Source: a virus
Taxonomy: Duplodnaviria > Caudoviricetes
DNA length: 54,619 nucleotides
IMG/VR virus record: IMGVR_UViG_3300031660_001429
Coordinates: 1 to 54,619 of that record
Reading direction: 5' to 3' (one strand)
A program made the translations under genes and the position numbers. Under the pieces are notes generated by a model that saw only the letters and a list, made by a program, of their open reading frames with translations, was not told the DNA's origin and made no database searches. Shown here piece by piece: positions 19,342-28,591 of the stretch; the stretch's first letter is position 1, and every line of letters begins with the position of its first letter.

Positions 19342-19767
19342 ATGAACTCCGTCCGCGAGCGCGTCTTGCGGGAAATCGTCACGCGCCTGGCATCTGCGAT
19401 TGCCCCGACACCGGTGCTGCGCATGCCTGCCGTGCCGGTCACCCGCGAGGCCAGTCCAGCGCTGCTGCTCTTCGTCGATGGCGACAGCATCACCGCCCAC
19501 GCCAACCACCTGGTCGACAGGCTGCTGATCGTCCGGCTTGCCGTGGTGGTACGCGGTGCGGATGCCTTCGACGTCGCCGACCAGGCGCTGGTCGCGGCCC
19601 ACGCGGCAATGCTCGCCGACCCGAATCTGGGCGGTCTGGCCATCGCCGTGCGCGAGATCGACTGCGAATGGGAGTTCGACGACGCCGACGCCGGGGCCGT
19701 CGCGCTGCCCGCCCGCTACGAGATCCGTTACCGCACCCACGCCATCGACCTCACCCAAACAGGATGA
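19342..19767 (+). CDS. Tail terminator/completion protein (gpU-like)
   Basis: S.RE..L, AAMLADPNLGGLA, Y.IRYRT. Confidence 0.7.
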   Translation: MNSVRERVLREIVTRLASAIAPTPVLRMPAVPVTREASPALLLFVDGDSITAHANHLVDRLLIVRLAVVVRGADAFDVADQALVAAHAAMLADPNLGGLAIAVREIDCEWEFDDADAGAVALPARYEIRYRTHAIDLTQTG

Positions 19768-19774
19768 ACACCCT

Positions 19775-19987
19775 ATGCAAACCCTCTCCATCGAACTACT
19801 GAAACCCCATACCCACGCAGGCAAGCGCCTCGCCGTAGGTGATCGCCTTGATCTGAATGACGCCAGCGCCCGTTGGCTGATCACACAAGGCACGGCCAAA
19901 GCGGCCACCCCCGCCACTGGTTCCAAACCCACCCGCCGTGATGCCACGTCCGGTGTTTCCACAACTGCAGCCACCCAAGGAGACTGA
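19775..19987 (+). CDS. Small phage hypothetical protein
   Basis: LLKPHTHAGK..GD.L....ARWL; AGGA upstream. Confidence 0.65.
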   Translation: MQTLSIELLKPHTHAGKRLAVGDRLDLNDASARWLITQGTAKAATPATGSKPTRRDATSGVSTTAATQGD

Positions 19988-19989
19988 AC

Positions 19990-20742
19990 ATGGCTTACTT
20001 TTCCGGACAAGGCCGCGTCTACATCGGCGCACGTGATGAACTCGGCAACCCTGCTGGGCTGACCTTCGTTGGCAACGTGCCCGAGCTGAAGGTGTCGCTG
20101 TCGGTAGACACCATCGAGCACCAGGAAGCGCAGTCGGGTCAGCGCTTGACCGACCTGCAACTCATCAAGACCAAGAAAGGCGAGTTCGCCTGCACGTTGG
20201 AAGAGCTGATCGCCACCAACCTGGCGCTCGCGCTCTATGGCACCACGACCACGATCACCCCCGGTACGGTGACTGGCGAACTACTGCCCAACCCTGTCAC
20301 GCCGGGCAGTCTGTATCCGTTGGCCATGCAAAACGTGTCCGCCGTGCAGATCCAGGACTCGGATGCCACGCCCAAGACGCTCCCGGTCAGCCAGTACAGC
20401 GTCAATGCCAAGCACGGTTCACTGGTGGTGCTCGATGCCACGTCGGGCGGCCCGTACACCGAGCCGTTCACCGTCGATTACGCCTATGGCGCGGCGCAGA
20501 GCACGGCGATGTTCACCCAGCCCTTGCCCGAGCGCTGGATTCGCTTCGAGGGGCTCAACACCGCCGACGGCAACCGCGAGGTGGTGATCGACCTCTACCG
20601 CGTGGCCATCAACCCGGCCAAGGAACTCTCGATCATCACGGACGAACTGCTGAAGTTCGAGCTATCGGGCCAGGTACTGGCGGATCTGACCAAACCGGTG
20701 GGCGGTGATCTCGGTCAGTTCGGACGTCTGGTGCTGCTGTGA
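19990..20742 (+). CDS. Major tail tube protein
   Basis: YFSGQGRVYIG, FVGNVPEL, RFEGLNTA; AAGGAG RBS. Confidence 0.85.
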   Translation: MAYFSGQGRVYIGARDELGNPAGLTFVGNVPELKVSLSVDTIEHQEAQSGQRLTDLQLIKTKKGEFACTLEELIATNLALALYGTTTTITPGTVTGELLPNPVTPGSLYPLAMQNVSAVQIQDSDATPKTLPVSQYSVNAKHGSLVVLDATSGGPYTEPFTVDYAYGAAQSTAMFTQPLPERWIRFEGLNTADGNREVVIDLYRVAINPAKELSIITDELLKFELSGQVLADLTKPVGGDLGQFGRLVLL

Positions 20743-21155
20743 TGGACGGCTTCAAGACCTTCCCCCCTGAGCCTGTGGTCGTCACGCTGTCCGGCACCGC
20801 GCTGGAACTGACGCCGATCCGGCTGGGTGAGTTGCCACGGCTGCTGGCCGTGGTGCGCCCGCTGGCCGAGGAAATCACCAGTGATCCGGACTGGATGACG
20901 CTGCTGGGACGGCACGGCGATGCCGTGCTGGATTTGCTGGCGATCACCACCCGGCGTGAACGCGCGTGGATCAACGACCTGTCGCTGGAAGACGCCGTGC
21001 AACTGGCCGCCGCCGTGTTCGAGGTGAACGCGGATTTTTTCGTGGCGCACGTCGTCCCGGCGATTCAGGGCGCGGCCCAGCGACTCGCGCCGACGCTGCG
21101 CTCACTGACGACCTCGGCTGGCAATGTGGGTGGGATGGTGCCGTCGCCCACCTGA
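20739..21155 (+). CDS. Tail assembly chaperone (gpG-like)
   Basis: Follows tail tube; EVNADFF encoded by a slippery T-TTT-TTC. Confidence 0.75.
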   Translation: MMDGFKTFPPEPVVVTLSGTALELTPIRLGELPRLLAVVRPLAEEITSDPDWMTLLGRHGDAVLDLLAITTRRERAWINDLSLEDAVQLAAAVFEVNADFFVAHVVPAIQGAAQRLAPTLRSLTTSAGNVGGMVPSPT

Positions 21156-21340
21156 TCCGCGCCGGGCACCGCGTGGGCGACGTGATGGCCTACACGCTCA
21201 CTCAGGCGCAAGCCTTTCTGGACGCTGACGGACAGATCGAACGGCAGCAACTTGCCCAGCTGCTCGGCATTCATGCGGTGGCAGCCCAGGGCGAGAAGCG
21301 TGGCATCGAACAACTGCAACGCGATCTGCTCAAGGACTGA
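21035..21340 (+). CDS. gpT-like -1 frame extension of the tail assembly chaperone
   Basis: -1 frame open 20966-21340; W..AVAHLIRAGH...MAYTLTQ. Confidence 0.55.
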   Translation, partial: FFRGARRPGDSGRGPATRADAALTDDLGWQCGWDGAVAHLIRAGHRVGDVMAYTLTQAQAFLDADGQIERQQLAQLLGIHAVAAQGEKRGIEQLQRDLLKD

Positions 21341-21343
21341 CCC

Positions 21344-21985
21344 ATGCGCCTCTCGCTTACCACCACCGGTCTGCTGGACCCGCGCCAGTTGGCGGCGTGG
21401 AGTACCGAGCGGCGTCGTGCCATCCACACCGCTGTCGCCAAGGGCATGCAATCGGGCGGGCGTGAAGTGCGTGATGCGGCGCGATCTGAGATGCGCAGTG
21501 CCTTCACCGTCAAGCGCAACAGCTTCATCTCCTCGATGGGCGTGAAGGTGTTCGACAAGAAGCCCGAACTGCTGCCCGCCTTGCTGGTCGGCAGCAAGAT
21601 TCCTTGGCTCGGTCTGCATGAAAAAGGCGGCACGGTGAGCGGCAATTTGCTGATACCGCTGCTGCCCGGGCGCATCGGCCCCAAGCGTTTCAAGGCGGTC
21701 ATTGACGGCCTGATGCGCTCGGGCAATGCCTTCTTCATCGAGAAGAACGGTCGCGTGCTGCTGATGGCCGAGAACATCAAAGAGAACGCCGGGCAGCTGG
21801 GCCGCTTCAAGCGTGCCGAGCGTGGTCGTACCGGGGCCAAGCAGATCAAGCGTGGCCAGGAGATTCCCATCGCCGTGCTGGTCAAGCGCGTCGATCTCAA
21901 ACGACGACTGAATCTGGCGGGTGGCGTGCAACGCGCACTACCTGCCTTGGCGCGGGCGATTCAACAAGAACTGGACAAAGTCTGA
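21344..21985 (+). CDS. DUF6441-like basic virion morphogenesis protein
   Basis: Basic 213-aa ORF coupled to TMP; WL.LHEKGGT. Confidence 0.7.
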   Translation: MRLSLTTTGLLDPRQLAAWSTERRRAIHTAVAKGMQSGGREVRDAARSEMRSAFTVKRNSFISSMGVKVFDKKPELLPALLVGSKIPWLGLHEKGGTVSGNLLIPLLPGRIGPKRFKAVIDGLMRSGNAFFIEKNGRVLLMAENIKENAGQLGRFKRAERGRTGAKQIKRGQEIPIAVLVKRVDLKRRLNLAGGVQRALPALARAIQQELDKV

Positions 21986-24690
21986 TGGCAAGCAATCGTG
22001 CCCAAATCCTGATCAGTGCCGTCGACCAGACCAAGACCGCTTTCGATTCGATCAAGCGGGGCCTGGGTGGCCTGACCGACACCGCCAAGAGTGTCAATGG
22101 CGTACTGGCCAACCTTGGCGTGGCCGTGTCGGTGGCCGGTCTGACCGCGATGGTGAAATCGGCCATCGACACTGGCGACGCGCTGGATGAGATGTCGCAA
22201 CGTGTCGGTGTCAGCGTCGAGACCCTGTCGGTATGGAAACCGGCAGCCGAGCAGTCCGGTGTGTCGGGCGAATCGTTCGAGAAGGGGCTGCGCAAGCTGT
22301 CCACCACGATGCTGGAAGCCGCGACTGGGTCGGAAGATGCCGCGCGCGGATTCTCCGCCGTGGGTGTCGAGTTCAAGAACCAGGACGGCACCCTGCGGGC
22401 CACCGATCAGGTGCTGCTCGATCTGGCCGAGCGCTTCAAGGCCATGCCCGATGGCGCAGAAAAGACTGCGCTGGCCGTGCAACTGTTCGGCAAGTCGGGA
22501 GCCGAGCTGATCCCGTTCCTGAATCAGGGGCGCGACGGCATCAATGAGCTCGCCACCGAGATGCAGGCGCTCGGCGTGCAGATGAGTAGTGAGACTGCGG
22601 CGCAGGCGGGCAACTTCAACGATGCGCTCGACAAGCTGAAACTGGCCACCACCAGCATCGGCAACCAGATCATCGCGTCCTTGCTGCCCGCCCTGAACGA
22701 TATGGCCGGTGGCATGGTCGAGTCGGCCAAGCAAGGCGGCACGCTGCGTGTGATCCTTGATGGCGTGGTGCTGGTGCTAAAGACCCTGGCCCTCGGTGCC
22801 GCCACCGTCGGCAAGGCCTTCGTCGCCTTGGGCGAAGCCATTGGCGCGGGTGTCGCCGCCGCTGTGGAAGCGCTCAAGGGCAACACCGAAGGGGCCAAGG
22901 CCATCATTGCCGACCTCAAAGGCAATCTGGTCAAACGGCTGGATGAACTAGCGTCCTTCCGTGACAGCCTGTTCGACCCCAAGCCCATCGAGGTCAAGGC
23001 ACCCAAGATCCAGGCCGATCCGGAACTGCTTCAACGCCTGACCAAGCCCAAGGCCGCCAAGCCTGCGCAGGATACGACCGGCGCGCAAACCACGCTGATG
23101 AAAGCGCAGTTGGACGTCGAGTTCGCCCTGCTCAAGGACGGTCTGACCCGGCAACAAACTGCGCTGGATGCTGCACTCGAAGACCGTCTGGTTTCGGTGC
23201 GCGACTACTACACGCAGAAAACAGCCATCGAGCAGCGCGAGGTCGATGCCGAGATTGCCCGCAAGCAGCAGGAGCTGGCCCGCAGTCAGCAAGTCGCCAC
23301 TACGGGCAAATCGGAAAACGACCGCCTGCGTGCCAAGGCCGAGGTCGCCAAGGCGGAAGCCGACCTGATCACGCTCAACAATCGGCGTACGGACATCGAG
23401 CAGGCCAATGCGCGTAAGGCCGCGCAAGCCGAGCGTGAGCTGGCCGATGCCTTGGCGCAGGCGCGTGAGGAACTGGCGCAGATCACCGGCACGGCCACTG
23501 ATGCCGACCGGCAAGCTGCCATTGAGCGCAGCTACCGGGATCTACGGGCGCGACTGGCGGCAGAAAGCGATGCCGATGGCGTGTCGCTCGTTGATCGGCT
23601 CATCAATGTGAAGGCTGCACAGGCCAATCTGGCTGCGCTTGAAACTCAGTGGCGGCAAGTCACTGAGCGTCTGCGTAATGCGCAGGAGGCCATTCAGACC
23701 CAGCAGCAGGCTGGGCTGCTGACCGAAGCACAGGCTCGTCAGCAGATCGTGGCCCTGCAACAGCAATCGGCCACCGAGATGGAGCGCTTGTTGCCGACCA
23801 TGCAGCAAGCCGCGCAGGCCATCGGGCCGGATGCGGTGATTCGCGTGCAGGCGTGGCGCAACGAGCTGGATCGCACCAAGCTCACCGTCGATGAAATGGC
23901 CCCGCTGTGGAATCGCATCGGCGAGAGCTTTGGTGGTGCGCTCAACGGGATGATCACCGGCGCGCAGACCTGGCGCAGTGCCTTGGCGAGCATCTTTCAG
24001 CAGGTGGCCGACGCCTTCCTGCAACAAATCGTGATCCAGCCGTTTCAGCAGTGGATCGCCATGCAGGCTCGGATGCTCGCGCTCAAGCTCGGTTTCATCC
24101 AGCAGGAGCAGACCGTCGATGCGGCGGCCAGCGCCGCCAAGGTCGCCCAAAAGACCACCGAAACCACCGCCGTGGTGTCGATGGATGCGGCCAAGGCGGG
24201 AGCTGGGGCGGCGGCGTCGCAGGCTTCCATTCCCTACGTTGGCCCGGCACTCGCGGTTGCCGCGATGGTAGCCATGGTCGCCGCTGTGATGGCGCTCTTG
24301 GGTGGCATCAAGAAGTTCGCGGGTGGCGGTCTGGTCTCCGGCCCGGGTAGCGCCACCTCGGATTCGATCCCAGCGCGTCTGTCCGCAGGCGAGTACGTGG
24401 TGCGGGCGGCCGCCGTGCGCCAAGTCGGCGTGGCCTTCCTTGACTCGCTCAACGGCTTATCGGCAGGCCCACGTTTCAAGGGTGGCGAACTGGCCTTCGC
24501 AGCGGGCGGGCTGGTACCGGAGGTGAAAGTGCCGCCCGCACAGCCGCAGATCAATCAGGCGGTGCGCATCGTCAACGCGGTCGATCCGGGCGTGACCCAC
24601 GACCACCTGCAGTCGCCTGCCGGAGAGAAAGTCATCGTCAACATCATCGGGCGCAATGCACGGGCCATCCGTGCGGCGCTGCAAGGCTGA
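21985..24690 (+). CDS. Tail tape measure protein
   Basis: Ala/Gln-rich helical 901 aa; LFGKSGAELIP; FAGGG.V.GPG...SDSIPARLS.GEYV. Confidence 0.93.
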   Translation: MASNRAQILISAVDQTKTAFDSIKRGLGGLTDTAKSVNGVLANLGVAVSVAGLTAMVKSAIDTGDALDEMSQRVGVSVETLSVWKPAAEQSGVSGESFEKGLRKLSTTMLEAATGSEDAARGFSAVGVEFKNQDGTLRATDQVLLDLAERFKAMPDGAEKTALAVQLFGKSGAELIPFLNQGRDGINELATEMQALGVQMSSETAAQAGNFNDALDKLKLATTSIGNQIIASLLPALNDMAGGMVESAKQGGTLRVILDGVVLVLKTLALGAATVGKAFVALGEAIGAGVAAAVEALKGNTEGAKAIIADLKGNLVKRLDELASFRDSLFDPKPIEVKAPKIQADPELLQRLTKPKAAKPAQDTTGAQTTLMKAQLDVEFALLKDGLTRQQTALDAALEDRLVSVRDYYTQKTAIEQREVDAEIARKQQELARSQQVATTGKSENDRLRAKAEVAKAEADLITLNNRRTDIEQANARKAAQAERELADALAQAREELAQITGTATDADRQAAIERSYRDLRARLAAESDADGVSLVDRLINVKAAQANLAALETQWRQVTERLRNAQEAIQTQQQAGLLTEAQARQQIVALQQQSATEMERLLPTMQQAAQAIGPDAVIRVQAWRNELDRTKLTVDEMAPLWNRIGESFGGALNGMITGAQTWRSALASIFQQVADAFLQQIVIQPFQQWIAMQARMLALKLGFIQQEQTVDAAASAAKVAQKTTETTAVVSMDAAKAGAGAAASQASIPYVGPALAVAAMVAMVAAVMALLGGIKKFAGGGLVSGPGSATSDSIPARLSAGEYVVRAAAVRQVGVAFLDSLNGLSAGPRFKGGELAFAAGGLVPEVKVPPAQPQINQAVRIVNAVDPGVTHDHLQSPAGEKVIVNIIGRNARAIRAALQG

Positions 24691-24709
24691 ATTTTCAGGG
24701 GAAAGTCCA

Positions 24710-25780
24710 ATGGCACTTCTGTTCATCGACGGTTTCGATCACTACGACCCACAGGCCGTGGACAGCTTTGGCGATCCGTGGCTCGCACGTGGCAAGGCGG
24801 CGTATCTCTCGCCGCAGGCCACCCGGATCAATGGCCGTCGTCCGTCCTCCTATGCCCTGCGTTTGCCGGAAGGTTCGGGTGGTGGCTACGTCAAGAACCT
24901 CGACGCCACCAAGACCAGCCTGATCGTCGGGGCAGCCATTCGCGTGGTGCCGTACCAGAACACCTACACCGAGCCACTGCTGCTGGGCGTGCGCGATGTC
25001 AACTCTCAGGTCGCGCATCTCGTGAAGATCGGCGAGGACGGTCGGCTCAAGCTCTACCGCTGGCAATACGGCTATGACCAGTTGATCTCTGTCTCAGTTG
25101 CCAGCGCTCCGGCGCGCGGCTGGCACTACATCGAGTTGCAGGTCACGCAGGGCACGAGCAACGGGATTCTGTCAGTGCGCATCAACGGCATCCTGGCCAT
25201 CCAGATGACCGCGCAGAACACCATCCAGGGCGGTGGCCAACTGCTCACGGCATTCGTGGGTGCAGTGCCTGGCCAAAACTGCCCGCTCACCGTCGACGTC
25301 GACGACTTCTACATCGCCGACACCAGCGGCACGATCAACAACACCTTTCTCGGCGATGTGCGCGTCGATGCCTTGCAGACACAGGCCGATGGCAGCCTGA
25401 ACCAGTGGACCGTCAGTCCGGTCGCGAATTTGGGTAACTTGGCCGCATGGGAAGCCGTGAGCGACGAGGACGAAGCTACGGCGATCAATGCGCTGAACGT
25501 GGGGTTGCGCCAGTCCTTCGATATCGAGCCGCTGCCGGTGATGGCCACGCCCGCCATTTACGGCGTGCAACTGACCATGCTGGCCCGCAAGACCGATGCT
25601 GGTCTGGGCAAGGTCAAAGGACTCGTGGTCAGTGGTGCGCAAAGCGCCGTCAGCACCGACATCATTCTGCAGGAGCAACTGGCCTGGCAGAGCACGCTGT
25701 TCGAACGCAACCCGAACGGCAACGTGCAGTGGACGGAGGCCGCCTTCAATGCTGCTGAGTTCGGCGTGGAGTCGGCATGA
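24710..25780 (+). CDS. Tail-associated protein (beta-rich)
   Basis: MALLFIDGFD, WHYIE, DDFYI..FLGDVRV; follows TMP. Confidence 0.7.
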   Translation: MALLFIDGFDHYDPQAVDSFGDPWLARGKAAYLSPQATRINGRRPSSYALRLPEGSGGGYVKNLDATKTSLIVGAAIRVVPYQNTYTEPLLLGVRDVNSQVAHLVKIGEDGRLKLYRWQYGYDQLISVSVASAPARGWHYIELQVTQGTSNGILSVRINGILAIQMTAQNTIQGGGQLLTAFVGAVPGQNCPLTVDVDDFYIADTSGTINNTFLGDVRVDALQTQADGSLNQWTVSPVANLGNLAAWEAVSDEDEATAINALNVGLRQSFDIEPLPVMATPAIYGVQLTMLARKTDAGLGKVKGLVVSGAQSAVSTDIILQEQLAWQSTLFERNPNGNVQWTEAAFNAAEFGVESA

Positions 25781-27339
25781 CGGATCGCATCGTCGTTCAA
25801 GACCTCGCGGAGGTTTCCAGCAAACCGACGCCGGGAAGCGAACTGCCCGCCTTCCAGAGTGAAGTGCTCTCGCGCGCCACTTTTGGGGCGAGCGCAGCCA
25901 GCTTCATGCCGGAAACAGCTGTCGCTCCGCTGCCGCCCAATCTGGCGGCCAGCCTGCTGGCGGAATCCTTGGCGGGCCCCTGGCCACCCATCGATGCACC
26001 GATCTTTCTGGTCGAAGTGTTGCGCCGTGATACGGCCTCAAGCGCCATCGTCGCCACCGGTATGGATGCCTTTGGCGACCAGCCTTGGCCGGATGCGCAA
26101 CGCGGCGTGTTTGCCTTCCGCCATGATTGGATGGAGCCCCTCGTGGAACGGCTGGAGTGGCAGACCAGCGTCACGCGGCTGGCCAGTGGCAACGAATCCC
26201 GTCAGGCACGCCGACGTGTTCCTCGGCGCTGGCTCACCTACAAAGTAGGCAACGCCCGCCAGACCGATGCCTTGATTGGCGACTGGCTGGCCGATCATCT
26301 GGGCCAGGCCGCGTGGTGGCCACTGCCACAGTACGCCGTTCATCTCACTGAGAACGCTGAGGAGGGCGCGCTGACTCTCGGGGTGTCGGAGGCTGACTGG
26401 CGGCGCTTTGTCCCACCGGCTGCTGCGCTGCGGCTGACCTATGACGGCGTGCAGGGCTGGGACAGCGACGAACGCTGGGTGCTGATCATTGCGCCCGAGG
26501 GCTGGCAAGTCGCCCAACTCAGCGACGTGGAAACCGATCTGCTGTGGCTGGCCGAACCCTTGGCGCGTGCTGCCGGAGCCGGTAGCAGCGTGATGCCGCT
26601 GGTGTGGGGCTGCGCTGTCGATCCGGCGGACTTGACCCAGTGGGTGCCGGGGATGGTCGGCGGCAGCGTCACCACGACTGTCACGCCCGCGCAAACGCCG
26701 GACATGGATGCACTCGACGACGCGTGGCTCGACGAGATTCCGGTCTGGCCAGATGGCAACTGGCGTGACGATCCGACGGCCGTAGCTCTTGCCACGATCA
26801 CCCGACAAGACTTCTCGCCTGCAGATCCGTGGGTGCGCCGGGACGATCCCTGGGCGACGACAGCTTTGCAACGGCGCTATCTGGCAAGCTCACTCGATGA
26901 AATCGAGATCTGGCGGGCGCGGCTATGGCGCACCCAGGGGCGTCTGGAAGCCTTCTGGCTGCCCGATAGCTTGGCCCCGATCCTGTGGGTGAACGTCGAA
27001 GCCGATCCTGAGGATGGCTTCCTGCGCATGGATGGCAAAGACATCTCGGCGTTCTGGCATCGCCCCGCCGCCTGCTTGATCGTGCACCCAGACGGCTATC
27101 GGCAGTACGCCCTGACGGCGACCTGCCATCTGGATCAAGGCGGTGTGCTGGTGCTGCGCTCTGGCCTTGACGACTGGGTGCCCGCAGGCAGCCGCGTCAT
27201 TCGCCTCGTGCGCTGCCGCCTCGACCACGACGCCGTCGATCTGTACTGGCACAGCCCGACGCTGCTGGAGATCACCTTGACCGCGCGCCAGTTGCCCGAA
27301 CCGCGCGGCAATGACCGTCAAACCTACGAGGGAGAGTAA
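25777..27339 (+). CDS. Tail protein (distal tail-like)
   Basis: ERLEWQTSV..E.RQARR..PRR; GRLEAFWLP. Confidence 0.75.
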   Translation: MTDRIVVQDLAEVSSKPTPGSELPAFQSEVLSRATFGASAASFMPETAVAPLPPNLAASLLAESLAGPWPPIDAPIFLVEVLRRDTASSAIVATGMDAFGDQPWPDAQRGVFAFRHDWMEPLVERLEWQTSVTRLASGNESRQARRRVPRRWLTYKVGNARQTDALIGDWLADHLGQAAWWPLPQYAVHLTENAEEGALTLGVSEADWRRFVPPAAALRLTYDGVQGWDSDERWVLIIAPEGWQVAQLSDVETDLLWLAEPLARAAGAGSSVMPLVWGCAVDPADLTQWVPGMVGGSVTTTVTPAQTPDMDALDDAWLDEIPVWPDGNWRDDPTAVALATITRQDFSPADPWVRRDDPWATTALQRRYLASSLDEIEIWRARLWRTQGRLEAFWLPDSLAPILWVNVEADPEDGFLRMDGKDISAFWHRPAACLIVHPDGYRQYALTATCHLDQGGVLVLRSGLDDWVPAGSRVIRLVRCRLDHDAVDLYWHSPTLLEITLTARQLPEPRGNDRQTYEGE

Positions 27340-27344
27340 GCACG

Positions 27345-28133
27345 ATGAGCCAGAACCCATTGCTGGAAGTCGAGCTATACGCCTTCGCCAGCAACAGCGC
27401 GCAGTTCTATCTGACGCCGCACGAGTTCGATGTTGATCTGGATGGCAACCTCTACAAGAGCCTGGCCTTGGAACGCAACGAACTGGCGCTGGGTGCTGAA
27501 GCTGCGAAGGCTGGCTTGGATCTGAAACTGCCGCCGAACTGTGATTTGGTGCGCCACCTGCTCGCCAACTCGCTGACCGGCGACACTACCTCGATCACCC
27601 TGCGCATCGGACGGCGCGATACCTGGGGCGACTACTGGTGGATCTCCGGCACGCGCTGGATGGGCCGGGTGCTGGGCGTCGAAGTCGCCGACGATGTGGC
27701 TCGCGTTCGCTGCGAATCCGCGCAAGTCAGTCTCAAGCGTATCGGGTTGCGGCGGCTCTACAGCCGCAAATGTTCCCACGTGCTGTATTCGGCTGCCTGT
27801 GGTGCCTCACCGATTTCTGCCAGCGCCTTGGTGAGCAACAGCAATGGCCGCAACGTCGATCTCGACGGTGGCACGCCCGGCAGCGTCAGTGGTGGCTTGG
27901 CCGGTGGCTGGCTGCAAACCCCGGAAGGTGCCCGCCACATGATCGTCAATGATTACGGTGGCGGCGTCGAGTTGCTCTATCCGGTCGCCATTGAAGCCGG
28001 TACCGAGGTTCTGCTGACGGTCGGCTGCGATCACAGCACGGCCACGTGCGTGTCGCGCTTCGGCAACCTCGACAACTACGGCGGCTTTCCCGCCATCCCG
28101 AGCAAAAACCCGTTCTCGACGGGCGTGTTCTGA
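27345..28133 (+). CDS. BR0599-family tail tip/baseplate hub protein
   Basis: C.HVLY...C; GCDH...C..RFGNLDNYGGFP.IP. Confidence 0.88.
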   Translation: MSQNPLLEVELYAFASNSAQFYLTPHEFDVDLDGNLYKSLALERNELALGAEAAKAGLDLKLPPNCDLVRHLLANSLTGDTTSITLRIGRRDTWGDYWWISGTRWMGRVLGVEVADDVARVRCESAQVSLKRIGLRRLYSRKCSHVLYSAACGASPISASALVSNSNGRNVDLDGGTPGSVSGGLAGGWLQTPEGARHMIVNDYGGGVELLYPVAIEAGTEVLLTVGCDHSTATCVSRFGNLDNYGGFPAIPSKNPFSTGVF

Positions 28134-28151
28134 ATCCCTGGAGAAATCGCC

Positions 28152-28379
28152 ATGTGGTACCTCGTCGTCATCGTGGTGGCGGCGCTGGTTTCGGTCGCGC
28201 TCGCGCCGAAACCGCCCGAACCCAAACCGGCGTCCCTGTCTGACGTCGATGCCCCCACCGCAGAAGAAGGCCGACCGATTCCCGTCGTGTTCGGCACCGT
28301 GCTGCTGCGTGGCTCCAACGTCGTCTGGTATGGCGACCTCGAAGCCGACCCGATCAAGAAGAAAGGTGGCAAGAAATGA
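28152..28379 (+). CDS. Small tail protein
   Basis: PTAEEGRPIPVVFGT...NVVWYGD. Confidence 0.8.
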   Translation: MWYLVVIVVAALVSVALAPKPPEPKPASLSDVDAPTAEEGRPIPVVFGTVLLRGSNVVWYGDLEADPIKKKGGKK

Positions 28380-28591
28380 CCACTCAGACCGTCATCACCA
28401 TCGATCACGTGCGCGCCGTGGGCCTGTGCGTGAACGGCACGCGCACTTGGTTTGCGCGTCACGATCTGGATTTCCGAGCCTTCCTGCGCGATGGCTGTGA
28501 TGCCGAAACCTTGCTGGCCACTGGCGATGCAATGGCACAACGTGTGGTCGATCACGCCCGCAATCGATCCAGCCAGCGGGAGCAAGGCTGA
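28376..28591 (+). CDS. Small tail-associated protein
   Basis: LC..G.R.WF.RH.LD...FL..G; coupled at both ends. Confidence 0.8.
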   Translation: MTTQTVITIDHVRAVGLCVNGTRTWFARHDLDFRAFLRDGCDAETLLATGDAMAQRVVDHARNRSSQREQG

